A program made the translations under genes and the position numbers. A stretch of 64,000 bases of DNA from assembly GCA_964016885.1 (NCBI GenBank), contig OZ024741.1, forward strand, positions 381,796,001 to 381,860,000, read 5' to 3'. Below are positions 25,385-38,513 of this stretch, piece after piece (the first letter of the stretch is position 1; each line of letters opens with the position of its first letter). The notes below the pieces were generated by a model, which was given only the letters and a program-made list of their open reading frames with translations, was not told where the DNA came from and ran no database searches. The stretch is from Eledone cirrhosa (taxonomy: Eukaryota).

Positions 25385-27072
25385 ACTGGAACCTAACACC
25401 GCATCTAGCATCAAACACCAGAGACACACCCTATACTACATACCCAACACTAGCTGATCCATTATAACACAAACAACGACATCCCTCTGGAACCCTTCGC
25501 AGGGAAAATACCCATTTATACCTCTACGGCAGGTGTGACAACATCCACCCACCTGGACGGCACTACACCGCTCTAAGGGTAATTTGAGCATGAATCGATC
25601 GGTTGGATGGTGTTGGGCAGAGGAAACACCTTCCTTAGACAGATGTAAAATGATTTAATCGAGTAGCGCTGTTGACCAGTAGGACCGGGCTGCTGAGCGC
25701 AGGGAGTGAATGCAATGCAACTGCCGTGCGGGTTGTACGTATATGGATGATCTGACGGTCAGAGAGGGGTCGCGAGGACTGCGGATTGACCTTTGGCCTG
25801 CCTGGGGACGATTATCTTTCGACATCCAATGTAGCAAGCGATGACCCAGATCTTACCAGAGATCATTGGGTCCTGAAGCAATCCTGCAATCACCGCGCCT
25901 GGTCATATGAGCAGACTACAACCACAGAGATCATTAATTTAGAATCCTCGCTCATCATCTATAATTTCCATTTGTAGCACCTTAAGATGGGTTAATCCAC
26001 CTTAATATTAATATGATCCCCTTCAGCATAATTTAGTTAAACTACTCTATAGTTAGTACACTTTATGCTTTAAAAGTCTCTCTTGGAAGGTGCACCTCAC
26101 CATAGAATTTAGGGTCCATATTGGGACACATTTTAATGGCTAGATATAGAAACCCCAGAGTTACCTCCCCGCATGCATTAACTCCCCTTAGCCACACACA
26201 CACTTCCGGTATTCAATGGCGTCTCTCGAAACGTAACAACCTCCTGTATCGAACTAAGGAACACCAGACTACGATCTCTAACTGGATTGTCGTGGATTAT
26301 GTGAAAGGCATATAATCGAAATATACACTCCCTTGACCATGAAAATGCCGAAGTACATGAATTACGTGACATCCCTGCGTTGTGCATCTCCAATACTTAT
26401 AACACTTTTAATGCTTGCACTATCTTTAATGTTTATAATATTTCTCCACACACAGACTACATCAATCATATAAAGACTTTGCCACCAGATCTACCAACCT
26501 AACACTCTTATTTACCTACCTAAGTGCCTCTACCACACATATCTCTCTGCCACACTATATAAACAAGACGCACATGCGTGCCACACATATAACATTTGCA
26601 CTATATAACCACTTACCTTCATGTTGTACTTTAACCTATATCTTTGATTTTTGATTGTACCTATTAATATAAATGTAATCTCGAAGTGTGTACTGCCACT
26701 CTAAATTTTGTAATGAATGTTGACCCACAATGTTTGAATATGTATCAATGTTTGAATATGTATTGGTATGTCCCTCGGCTGAAAAGGAGGTCATATAACT
26801 GTCCATGCATTAATAAATTGCTCCGAAGAATCCAAACCTCGGTTTGGAGGAAACAGCTGTAAGCACAATAATGTTTTGAACAGTTCTTTGATTCTTATAT
26901 TTCATATAACTGCTCTGTAAATCATCTGATGTTTTTACATTGAGCTACTTAACTTACTGGTAATAAGGTAGTAATACATTACTGCCTACCACTATTTAGG
27001 GTGTGTGTATAATACTTACAACTGCTTAAGGTTTTGTGTTTACATAACCATAAATAGTATAACTAATACTAT
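25383..27072 (+). repeat. 5' pseudo-LTR (1690 bp)
   Basis: GGACTGGAACCTAAC..AACTAATACTAT; matches 29582-31271 except one noticed substitution (25509 vs 29708). Confidence 0.95.
26819..26865 (+). ncRNA. Minimal type I hammerhead, CCGAAGA core (copies at 31018-31064 + and 24030-24076 -)
   Basis: TGCT-CCGAAGA-A-TCCAAACC(TC)GGTTTGGA-G-GAAA-CAGCT-GTA-AGCA; stem III palindrome ACAGCTGT. Confidence 0.75.
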
Positions 27073-27114
27073 TAACTGCTCCATATCGTTGAGCTGACAT
27101 ATAATATTGCCAAT

Positions 27115-29574
27115 ATGCTAATCAAAGACCTACTCCCCATGTCGACCAAGAACATACCAATACCATCCAGGAATACATATGAGAAATTGCTGATCAACAG
27201 TGTAAATTCATTTATCAATAGAGTGAGATGGAGGACATTCCATTATGATAGAAACAAATCTAACAACTTGAATAATACTAACAATTTTGACTCCTTCGGC
27301 TTTAAAACCTTTAAAAGCCCCCCTCATAACACTCTACTTAACTCCTTTGAAAATGACCTAGTTAAACTAGTTAAGAACATTAAATACAATAAGCACCATA
27401 TTAGAAGCAACACCTTCTTAAACAAACTTAACACTTCTATTAGTGGATTCAAAACTAGTAATAAAATTATTGTACACGCAGATAAAACTAATAACATATA
27501 CAGCCTAGATTATATTACTTATAGAAAGTTTATATATAATGAACTACATAAAAGCTACAAAAAAACCACCTTGAAAAACTTAGAAGATATTAATGTAGAG
27601 GGTTATAATATAGTGTCTAAACTAGGACTACAGAGGCATACACAACCTTTCACTCCGAACCCCCCTAGATTCTCTCTGAAGGACCATAAGGAGAACTTCA
27701 TCAGCAACCCCACGATAAGACTTATCTGCCCTTCCAAGTCCGACATTGGTATTATCAGCAAGAAGATTTTGGATAAAATCATCCCACAAATTAAACACAA
27801 GATACACCTTAAACAATGGGGAAATACGGGTGAAGTAATTGAATGGTTTAAGGATATCAAGAATAATAAGAACAAAAAATTTATTCAATTTGATATCAAT
27901 TCATACTACACCTCTATTTCCCCTATCCTATTAAATAAGGCACTTATCATGGCCATGACCAATAGCGACCTGACTAGAGCCCAGGTTGATGTCATCCTTG
28001 CGGCCCGTAAAACCATAATCACCTTCGAGGACCAACTATGGACACGCAAGGATACGCACAACAACTTCGACATAACCATGGGATCTAGTGACTCGGCGCA
28101 GGTCACTGATTTGGTCGGCCTATACCTCCTCAATGAAATCCATAAAGACCTCCCTTACCTCAACGGTGGTTTGTACCGCGATGATGCACTTCTACTCATA
28201 GAATATAAAAAATTTAATATAGAAAGAACTAGAAAACAACTGCATAAGACATTCAAAAACTTTAACCTTAGTATCACCATGGACAAAAACACTAAAAATG
28301 TTAACTTCCTAGACGCCACACTATACCTAGACTCAAAAATATATACACCTTTCCATAAGCCTAATGAGAAACTTATTTACGTAGATACCAAGTCTAATCA
28401 CCCTAGATCAATATTAAACTCTATCTCTAAGGGGGTGTCCAATAGAATCTCTAGTCTGTCCTATGACGCAAACATATTTAGCAAAAACTCACAATATTAC
28501 AATCAAGCATTAGCTAGCTCCGGCCATAATATAGAAATAGAGTTCCTACCTAAGAAAACACATAGCTACAACATCATCTCGCACAACATGTCCATGAGGA
28601 AATCTAATAATAGGAATAGCAACCACAAGTACACCAAAGCGGAGGGTGCCACCGGAAGTAACCATTACCATGGAAACTACTGTGAGGCCTTAGGAGGAAG
28701 CAACACACCAAACACTAAAAGCAAAAATAGAAGAAGAAATAATACATTGTTCAACCCTCCTTTCAACCTAAATGTCTCCACCAACATACCTAGGGCTTTC
28801 TTCTCACTACTAGATAAAAACTTCCCTCTAGGACACAAGTACCACAACCTCTTAAACAAAAACACCATTAAAATCTCATACTCTACGACGCCCAACTTAG
28901 CATACCACATAGCTAGCAGCAATAATAGTAAAATTAGTTCTTACTTCCAACAAACAAAATCACAACGGGATGCAAACCCTCTAAATACCACTGTAGCAAG
29001 CAACAATAGCAACGGCAGTAACAATAGAAATAACACTAGTATAAGTAATAACACCAGGGTTGTCAACCTGAACACCCAAAATCCTATATCCACCACACAG
29101 ACTTCCGCATTGCATTATAACCAGCGGACTAACGCACAGAATAATTGTAACTGTAGAGCTAATAGAACCTGCCCTTTAGATAAAAAATGCCTAACCAAGG
29201 ATGTCATATACTCATGCACAGTCACGACTAATAACTCTTCAGAAACCTATGTAGGCTCCACTTCTAACTGCTTCAAAATTAGATATAACTCGAACATCCA
29301 CTCGTTCAAAAAGCACAGCCTAGCCAACTCCACCTCACTTTCTAGCTACATACACTATCTAAAATCTAAAAATAAACCATACACACTCAAATGGGAAGTG
29401 ATAGGCAGCGCGACCTCGTACAAACCACCTAATAAATTCTGTAACCTCTGTATACTAGAGACACACAATATTATCTTCTCCAACCGTAACCTACTTAACA
29501 AAAAATCTGAGGTGTTTGCAACTTGCCAGCACCGCCTCAGACATTCCTTCCAAAACTTTAAGCCCTATATATAG
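27115..29574 (+). CDS. PLE polyprotein: reverse transcriptase + C-terminal GIY-YIG endonuclease (819 aa)
   Basis: ADKTNN, LKDHK..PTIRLICP, FIQFDINSYYTSI, ITMGSSDSAQVTDLVGL, GGLYRDD, VNFLDATL; CNCRANRTCPL..VIYSC..YVGST..FKIRY..CNLC..LNKKSE..CQH. Confidence 0.95.
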   Translation: MLIKDLLPMSTKNIPIPSRNTYEKLLINSVNSFINRVRWRTFHYDRNKSNNLNNTNNFDSFGFKTFKSPPHNTLLNSFENDLVKLVKNIKYNKHHIRSNTFLNKLNTSISGFKTSNKIIVHADKTNNIYSLDYITYRKFIYNELHKSYKKTTLKNLEDINVEGYNIVSKLGLQRHTQPFTPNPPRFSLKDHKENFISNPTIRLICPSKSDIGIISKKILDKIIPQIKHKIHLKQWGNTGEVIEWFKDIKNNKNKKFIQFDINSYYTSISPILLNKALIMAMTNSDLTRAQVDVILAARKTIITFEDQLWTRKDTHNNFDITMGSSDSAQVTDLVGLYLLNEIHKDLPYLNGGLYRDDALLLIEYKKFNIERTRKQLHKTFKNFNLSITMDKNTKNVNFLDATLYLDSKIYTPFHKPNEKLIYVDTKSNHPRSILNSISKGVSNRISSLSYDANIFSKNSQYYNQALASSGHNIEIEFLPKKTHSYNIISHNMSMRKSNNRNSNHKYTKAEGATGSNHYHGNYCEALGGSNTPNTKSKNRRRNNTLFNPPFNLNVSTNIPRAFFSLLDKNFPLGHKYHNLLNKNTIKISYSTTPNLAYHIASSNNSKISSYFQQTKSQRDANPLNTTVASNNSNGSNNRNNTSISNNTRVVNLNTQNPISTTQTSALHYNQRTNAQNNCNCRANRTCPLDKKCLTKDVIYSCTVTTNNSSETYVGSTSNCFKIRYNSNIHSFKKHSLANSTSLSSYIHYLKSKNKPYTLKWEVIGSATSYKPPNKFCNLCILETHNIIFSNRNLLNKKSEVFATCQHRLRHSFQNFKPYI

Positions 29575-29581
29575 CAATGTC

Positions 29582-31271
29582 GGACTGGAACCTAACACCG
29601 CATCTAGCATCAAACACCAGAGACACACCCTATACTACATACCCAACACTAGCTGATCCATTATAACACAAACAACGACATCCCTCTGGAACCCTTCGCA
29701 GGGAAAACACCCATTTATACCTCTACGGCAGGTGTGACAACATCCACCCACCTGGACGGCACTACACCGCTCTAAGGGTAATTTGAGCATGAATCGATCG
29801 GTTGGATGGTGTTGGGCAGAGGAAACACCTTCCTTAGACAGATGTAAAATGATTTAATCGAGTAGCGCTGTTGACCAGTAGGACCGGGCTGCTGAGCGCA
29901 GGGAGTGAATGCAATGCAACTGCCGTGCGGGTTGTACGTATATGGATGATCTGACGGTCAGAGAGGGGTCGCGAGGACTGCGGATTGACCTTTGGCCTGC
30001 CTGGGGACGATTATCTTTCGACATCCAATGTAGCAAGCGATGACCCAGATCTTACCAGAGATCATTGGGTCCTGAAGCAATCCTGCAATCACCGCGCCTG
30101 GTCATATGAGCAGACTACAACCACAGAGATCATTAATTTAGAATCCTCGCTCATCATCTATAATTTCCATTTGTAGCACCTTAAGATGGGTTAATCCACC
30201 TTAATATTAATATGATCCCCTTCAGCATAATTTAGTTAAACTACTCTATAGTTAGTACACTTTATGCTTTAAAAGTCTCTCTTGGAAGGTGCACCTCACC
30301 ATAGAATTTAGGGTCCATATTGGGACACATTTTAATGGCTAGATATAGAAACCCCAGAGTTACCTCCCCGCATGCATTAACTCCCCTTAGCCACACACAC
30401 ACTTCCGGTATTCAATGGCGTCTCTCGAAACGTAACAACCTCCTGTATCGAACTAAGGAACACCAGACTACGATCTCTAACTGGATTGTCGTGGATTATG
30501 TGAAAGGCATATAATCGAAATATACACTCCCTTGACCATGAAAATGCCGAAGTACATGAATTACGTGACATCCCTGCGTTGTGCATCTCCAATACTTATA
30601 ACACTTTTAATGCTTGCACTATCTTTAATGTTTATAATATTTCTCCACACACAGACTACATCAATCATATAAAGACTTTGCCACCAGATCTACCAACCTA
30701 ACACTCTTATTTACCTACCTAAGTGCCTCTACCACACATATCTCTCTGCCACACTATATAAACAAGACGCACATGCGTGCCACACATATAACATTTGCAC
30801 TATATAACCACTTACCTTCATGTTGTACTTTAACCTATATCTTTGATTTTTGATTGTACCTATTAATATAAATGTAATCTCGAAGTGTGTACTGCCACTC
30901 TAAATTTTGTAATGAATGTTGACCCACAATGTTTGAATATGTATCAATGTTTGAATATGTATTGGTATGTCCCTCGGCTGAAAAGGAGGTCATATAACTG
31001 TCCATGCATTAATAAATTGCTCCGAAGAATCCAAACCTCGGTTTGGAGGAAACAGCTGTAAGCACAATAATGTTTTGAACAGTTCTTTGATTCTTATATT
31101 TCATATAACTGCTCTGTAAATCATCTGATGTTTTTACATTGAGCTACTTAACTTACTGGTAATAAGGTAGTAATACATTACTGCCTACCACTATTTAGGG
31201 TGTGTGTATAATACTTACAACTGCTTAAGGTTTTGTGTTTACATAACCATAAATAGTATAACTAATACTAT
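29582..31271 (+). repeat. 3' pseudo-LTR (1690 bp)
   Basis: Direct repeat of 25383-27072 starting 8 bp after the stop codon and ending in (TA)n. Confidence 0.95.
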
Positions 31272-31289
31272 ATATATATATATATATAT

Positions 31290-32033
<744 letters not shown>

Positions 32034-33280
32034 CACGTCCCTGTCTGTTACTTGTATCAGGTTGCCCAGTACGGTCACGCAATCTGGAGAGTTTAAACTC
32101 CATAAAAAGAACGCATGGTGTCCTCATAACACTCCTCGTATCTGGCATTGGCTTGTATTTGGACCACGTAGCTGCGGTGATAGAGTGGGTGGTATACATG
32201 TAGCATAAGCACGTAGCATTTCCATCTTTATATACAGATATTTATTCACACGTGCCACAGCGATGTAAGGAGCAAATAGTCACAGATCTACACGTGGGTG
32301 GCTAGAGTCTTATCCTAATGTCGCTGCAGTGTTAACCTGAGCAGCATCTTGCTTCAGTGGATATTTGAGCCTCCAAGCAGTTCTTTGTTATACCACATGG
32401 GCAGAGTCTGGAAAAGGTGACCTAAAGAAAGCTTGGCCAACAGTTTTCAGATTGTAGTGGTTCATAATAGCGGGTCAAATGGCAAGAGATGCTATAAAAC
32501 ATGTCTTTGTGTGTGTATGTGTGTGTTGGGCCTTCATCAGTTCCGACTCTCAGTGTTCCGTTTCTTCGGACGTCGTAAAAGCCTGCTTGTGAAACTCAAG
32601 TGCAGGTAGCTGAGCATTATACAGACACGTGTAGCCGTAATATATTTATCAGGGTGTATCAGCGAATTTTCAACATTTTCGACTCATTGGCACTTTGAAT
32701 ACAAATACAGTTCATTTTGCCAACTGAGTGGCCTGGAGCAACGTGAAATAAAATGCCTTACTCACAGCTCAATCCGGTTATCCAGTTCACGAATTTATGA
32801 TCCGGAGACCAACTCTATAAATACTAAGCCCCACTCTACAAACGGAAGAATTTTAAATGAAAATACAATTACAAATAAAACACAGGGATGATTAATTTAT
32901 TAATACGATAAATATGGAGAACCCACGCTCTAATTTTTGATACGTAACCAACGTAACATATATTGGCTTAAAATGTTATCTCATACATTCTTATATTATC
33001 ACCTCATAAAATGCAGTAGATAATATATTATGTTATAATAAAATGTAGAAGCGTTTATTAAATCAAACGCACAATCACACTATATTTACCTACACAGTTA
33101 TTATATAATTATTATATGGCGTATTGAATCATAATCGTAAAATCACTAATGTACGTTAGATTGTAACGGCTTCTGCGTGCGTAAATTAACTAAGATTGAG
33201 TGGAGATATTGAACACACGTAAAAACTGTTCAACGTATCGAGGTAATCTAAAATTAGTTTATGTGTGGTATCCATTGGCA

Positions 33281-33443
33281 AATAATTGTTTCTACTTTTG
33301 GCACAAGGCCAACAATTATCCCAGAGTATTAATGGTACTTTATTTTATCGACCCCGTTAGAAGTCAGATCATAAAGGGCCGTAACTCTATGCAGCAAAGC
33401 ATGCTGTCTGACTCTCTACTGACACTGCCAATCAACCGCCCTT
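33281..33443 (-). mobile_element. SINE copy with internal deletion
   Basis: AATAATTGTTTCTACTTTTGGCACAAGGCC..CTGCCAATCAACCGCCC. Confidence 0.8.
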
Positions 33444-34260
33444 TGACATTGACAAATAATATTTATATTTTTTTATATCTAGAACATGGCGTGGCGAATC
33501 ACAAATGGTGGAACACATCCATCACGTTGCTTTATTTCATCTGGCTGGATGACTTCATTGAATATATCATGCTACATATAAAATACCTTATTTTCCTTAT
33601 CAATATTTGGCTAGAGAACATACATATACTTTCTCTCAATATCCTGTTCTTTTGATGTTAAGTTATTTTAACTGTTCCCACTCGTCCATATTAGAAAGGT
33701 ATTATTTATATTAGTAGTTAAAAAAATCCGTTTCATAACATACATGGTAATAGGCTTCATTATGTATTCGCATTGGCCCAGAAAATAAAAACGTTTCAAA
33801 TACGCCTCGCCGCGAAACTTTTTTACAAGGTCCTACTCGAGTATATAATAATTTCCATTCACATATAAAAGCTTTATTAGATTTATTATATAGAAACTAC
33901 CTAATATGTCAGCTGCAGATTGATAACCTCTTTCTTCCCTATTTTATGTATGTTGGGTGCTGTTCAGTTTGCCGAGTTTCGGAAGGTGGGTGGTCTATGT
34001 ACGTTTTGGCGAATTTAGATAGATCGTCTTGGTTTTTTCAATCATCATTTGGGAGTGCAGTTTAGCGTTCGGTTGGTAGTGTTTGCTCATCTTTTGTAAA
34101 GTGATTGGAGCAATAATGGTCTTATTTACGCATATATACATTTGCCCACAAAACACGAGTAATAAGTATTAATTCCATGAAACGCGCTAAAATTATGTAT
34201 GAAAACAGTAAGGTGTAATTCAATCATAAAATGTGGTCGAAATCTAAATTTAGTATAATA

Positions 34261-34452
34261 ATTGTTTCTACTTTTTGGCAGAAGGCCAGCAATAACCCAG
34301 TGTATTACTGGTACTTTATTTTATCGACCTCGTAAGCATGAAAGGCAAAGTTAACCCTCGGCGGGATTTGAACTCAGGATGGTAAGGGCCGTAACTCTAT
34401 GCGTCAAAGCATGGCGTTCGACCCTCTACCAATACTGCCAATCCACCGCCCT
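34261..34452 (-). mobile_element. Full-length SINE with 10-bp TSD
   Basis: Reverse complement of family consensus; GTATAATAAT at 34253 and 34455. Confidence 0.9.
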
Positions 34453-34472
34453 TTGTATAATAATGGTCACTG

Positions 34473-34800
34473 ATTCAGGCACAATGCCAACAATGTTTTG
34501 GTGGGAGAGCAAAGTCGATTGAATCGATCCTTGTGGGTTACTGGTACTTTATTTTATCGAAACCCGTATGGATGAAAGGTAAAGCAAACCTATGCGGGAT
34601 TAGAGCTCAGAACGTAAAATGTCTTAACTCTATGTTAGAAAGCATTATTTGCGACGCTCTACCGATACTGCCAATCTAGCATAATAGTAGTAGCTAGACG
34701 TCGGTTATTGCATTCGAGTATGAATACTGGCTGAAGAGCCATCACTCTATGATATAAAGCATGTTGTCGGACGCTTTACCGATATTACCAAGTCACCTCC
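34473..34800 (-). mobile_element. Older SINE variant plus an extra SINE head fragment in tandem
   Basis: Core CTGGTACTTTATTTTATCGA..GGATGAAAGG; two heads GACGCTCTACCGATACTGCCAA / GACGCTTTACCGATATTACCAA. Confidence 0.7.
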
Positions 34801-34893
34801 CTCCATTCATAATAATGTATTTAGTACCGTTTTGACTGTGGTGGTTACACCGCTTTCTCTCGTGATCTACACACACACAGACACATACACACA

Positions 34894-34982
<89 letters not shown>

Positions 34983-34985
<3 letters not shown>

Positions 34986-35229
34986 AATCAGGAAAGAAGA
35001 TTGACATGGTTTGCAATATTGACATGTATTGCAAACCATGTCAATCTTCTTTCCTGATTTATTATTACTCTAAGTGTTTACAACATAGGAATTACAGCAT
35101 ACTCGCAACATCACTATGAATACGCCTTGTTGAGTCAAACCAAGCCTAGCGTTGATATCATCCACTACCCGGAATACCATAACTGGACTACACCTAAGGG
35201 GACTGGATATAACTATTATTTGTTACCCC

Positions 35230-35231
<2 letters not shown>
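34983..35231 (+). mobile_element. Miniature fold-back (36-bp perfect arms, ~170-bp tail) in (AT)n
   Basis: Arms 34983-35018 / 35027-35062, spacer TTGACATG. Confidence 0.7.
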
Positions 35232-35293
<62 letters not shown>

Positions 35294-35879
35294 TTTTTTG
35301 CGTGTATTTTCATGTGTGTGTGCGTGTGTGTGCGAGCGAGATTAGGTCACGCATATCCATTTTTCTAGATGCATCTTAAATGTACTTGCCAAACATTCCA
35401 GAAATGCAGTGTTCCTGGACAAATTATACACAAGTTTCCAATCTCAAAATTATTTTTGGCATTTCATCATTAATTCAAACGGTAAAATTCTATACTCTCA
35501 ATTTCGATTATGATGTAATATGTGACGCGTTATATATTTTGGCGCCTTCTTTATTGTATTGGGTACGATAACACGTATTACAAATAGATTGTTTATGCCC
35601 AGTCAGTCTCTGGATGGGTGTACCTATAATCAAAGAGATGCTATTGGGAAACATCCTGTCTTTCTTCATCCGGCACCTTATAAAACCCCTTATATAATAT
35701 AGAACGTGTTCTTTATTTGTTTCACTTAGGGAGTGATTCGGAACAAACTCACATGTTATTTCTGCTTTCTCAAGAGACTGAATGTATTATGCTTGCTAAT
35801 CTTGAATGTGCAGATCTGAAAACATCAATATGAAGTATAATATATATATAACCGCAATTTTCAATAGTAATATATAATG

Positions 35880-36406
35880 TACTGTTCCCACGTAATAATA
35901 AGAAACAGATACACTGCTTCTAATGTACAATGTAAACATTTCTCTAGACAGCTGGTTTTTAATATTATTCCTGCTATGTATTGTTATGTCTTTGTCTAGA
36001 GGCGAAGAGTAACAATTTATAATTGAATGTTATTATGATGTAGCAAATTAATTATTTAAAACGCTATGAAAATTACTTTGAATTCAATCATTAATGGTTA
36101 ATATGCTGCTGGTGGATTTTGTAGGTTCGTGTAACATTACTTCTAACTGAGAAATAGAATTCTTAGATAAGTAAAATCAACAAAGAGACATAATCACAGA
36201 ATAGGTTTAAAATGACAATTCTCTTATTGTGTCTATTTGCTACTTGATAATAACACTCTATAATGAATCGCATACCACTCAACTTCTGGAGAAAGGCATA
36301 ACAATACATCGTAGGAATAAAATTAAAATCATCTGTCTAGAGAAATATTTACTCGTACATTAGGACCAGTATAGACTGTGTCTTGTTGTTCTTGTTTTGA
36401 AACAGA
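35880..36406. repeat. Diverged long inverted repeat (MITE-like or old fold-back)
   Basis: TTTCTCTAGACAG / CTGTCTAGAGAAA, ATGTATTGTTATG / CATAACAATACAT, GTAGCAAAT / ATTTGCTAC arranged symmetrically. Confidence 0.65.
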
Positions 36407-37329
36407 ATGGTGTATAGTATCATTATTGATAATAATGGTAATATCTTTAAACTTTATATTGTCATTTTCAGATTTATAGAAACGGAACGCGTGACAAGTT
36501 TCCGTTTATTTGCTCGAATTAGCAGACACACCAGCCAAATGATTCTAAAATCACAACCTATCACTAACAAAATGTGTCATCATACTGGATAATGTAGTCA
36601 ATGGTTTGCACTGTGACTGGTAATGGAAGATGGGACGGTAATGGATGGATTATATTTGGTCATATTAACGCTCGTACAGATATCTTAAATATGGTCACCT
36701 TAACAATATTGCGAACAAAATGTTCGATCACTGAGATGGTGTATCTCTTGAGGTATTCAATCGTTGGATTGTATTTATAACATTTTAATCTGTATATTAA
36801 ATTGATTTACGTTAGAGGTTTGACATTTGTGTAGGGCTTGCTCACGAGGAATGTATTTCAGGAATGTTTGCTAAAGCAACGTAAATTCATTCAGAATACG
36901 GATCCACGTATAGAGCGCAGCTCAATTGTCATCACACCATTTCTTTAATGTTGTTGTAGATGTTTAAATTTAAGTCAATCTCAATTTAATAGACAAATGG
37001 TATCCCATTTAAGATATGCACGTCGAAGTATGTTATTCAAAGTGTCCTCACACATTTAGGAGATTGAGGCGCAAAGTGTGAATATAGATAGAGTTGATGC
37101 AATTTAACATGATATAAAAGCGCCTTCATAGGCGAAGATTATGAAATCCAAGTCATACTGCATATCATTTCCCTCATATCCTCATGTGTTGAATCCGGTA
37201 GTAAAGTTTCAGAGAAGAATTGTAAATAATTTATGAATGTGATAACCCTAAGTTTCGAATACACATTGATTCTCCATCTTGCAACATCGATGTTTCAGAA
37301 ATAGCTGCGAAATAACTTGCAAATTATAC

Positions 37330-38150
37330 TTCCTATCTCATATTTTCTACATAAGAAACCCACATTTAAGACGACTTTACGAATAACCTCACATGCAAGC
37401 TTTTAAAAGATGCACGTAGGATTACTTAGCAAGGACATATTTAGAAATATATTCAAAGCCTTACGGAAACAAGCCAATATTAGGGAATTGGTAAAATAGT
37501 CCAACAGATTAACAAAGCTAGATACCCAGTTTGAAGAAATTAATATTCACATCTTCACTTCTAAAACCATCCTAGAGAATTTCTTAGACTTCGCTCCCAA
37601 CTACACTAGTTGCACGACACAGAAATCCAAATTATGTATCACATCAGAAACATTCTCCTCGTTAGCAATGGAAAAATTTGAGTTTTAAATAATCAGCAAC
37701 TATAGATCTATTCGATAAATCCATTGGGCCATTCAATAGTGGGATGGTTAGCAATTTGGTAGGGTTATAAATTCTAGACACTCTAAGAACCAAATACCCA
37801 GACTGTCTTACGAGTCCGTGTCAAGACGCTATCTTGACACAGTCTGGCGCTATCGAGACATGTAACCAAGATCAAGAAAACTTTTCGAAAAACGCAATAG
37901 CCATATTGAACAATCTTGGATTAAAAGTTACTATAGCCAACGGCCTTAGTAGCGTCAACATTCTTGGCGCCAACATAAATCTACGCACTCACAAACAAAA
38001 CTGTCCACACCTGTAGATACATCTCCAAGAATACCTGCCATACGCTACAGTCTTTAAGTAAGTAGTTAACAAAATTTAGTAAGAGGATCTCGAACATTTC
38101 ATACAAAGAAGCAATCTTCGACAGAATAGCCACCTTAGAGAACCAGAAAT
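37330..38150 (+). pseudogene. Highly decayed PLE RT related to ORF 27115
   Basis: DDFTNNLTCKL, GLLSKDIF, IGPFNSGMVSNLVGL, LGLKVTI..SVNILGANINL. Confidence 0.55.
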
Positions 38151-38449
38151 GTTTCAGCCATATGTAATCATTAGGAACATTCTTGGCATTTTAATACGAA
38201 TGAAACCGTACTTGTTCAGAAGGAATGTCCATATTAAACATAGGTGCCTATTTCTCATTGTCTTCAGTTCCTTCATCTTAACACTCTTTCTCTTTCTCTT
38301 TTATATTTTATTTCTCATTGTACCTTCTGATGAAGTACGTGTCGCTGACACTTTAGAATCCTTTCCATTTCTTTCAAGTGTTACGTTAATATATTACTTC
38401 ATGTTAGAGTCTATTGCTTTTACACACACACACACACACACACACACGT

Positions 38450-38510
<61 letters not shown>

Positions 38511-38513
<3 letters not shown>

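Larger units (their letters stand above)
23987..31271 (+). mobile_element. Intact Penelope-like retroelement: inverted pLTR + pLTR + ORF + pLTR, inserted in (AT)n
   Basis: Uninterrupted ORF, direct repeats offset by 4199 bp, inverted copy upstream, (AT)n on both flanks. Confidence 0.95.

Noticed and set aside
27115-29574. Naiad-type selenoprotein or telomerase interpretation of the long ORF
   Set aside because: The endonuclease is C-terminal, there is no in-frame TGA, and no TERT-specific N-terminal motifs were seen
24502-30592. Identical 60-71 aa ORFs occurring three times
   Set aside because: By-products of the triplicated pLTR; no recognisable domains, several with non-ATG starts
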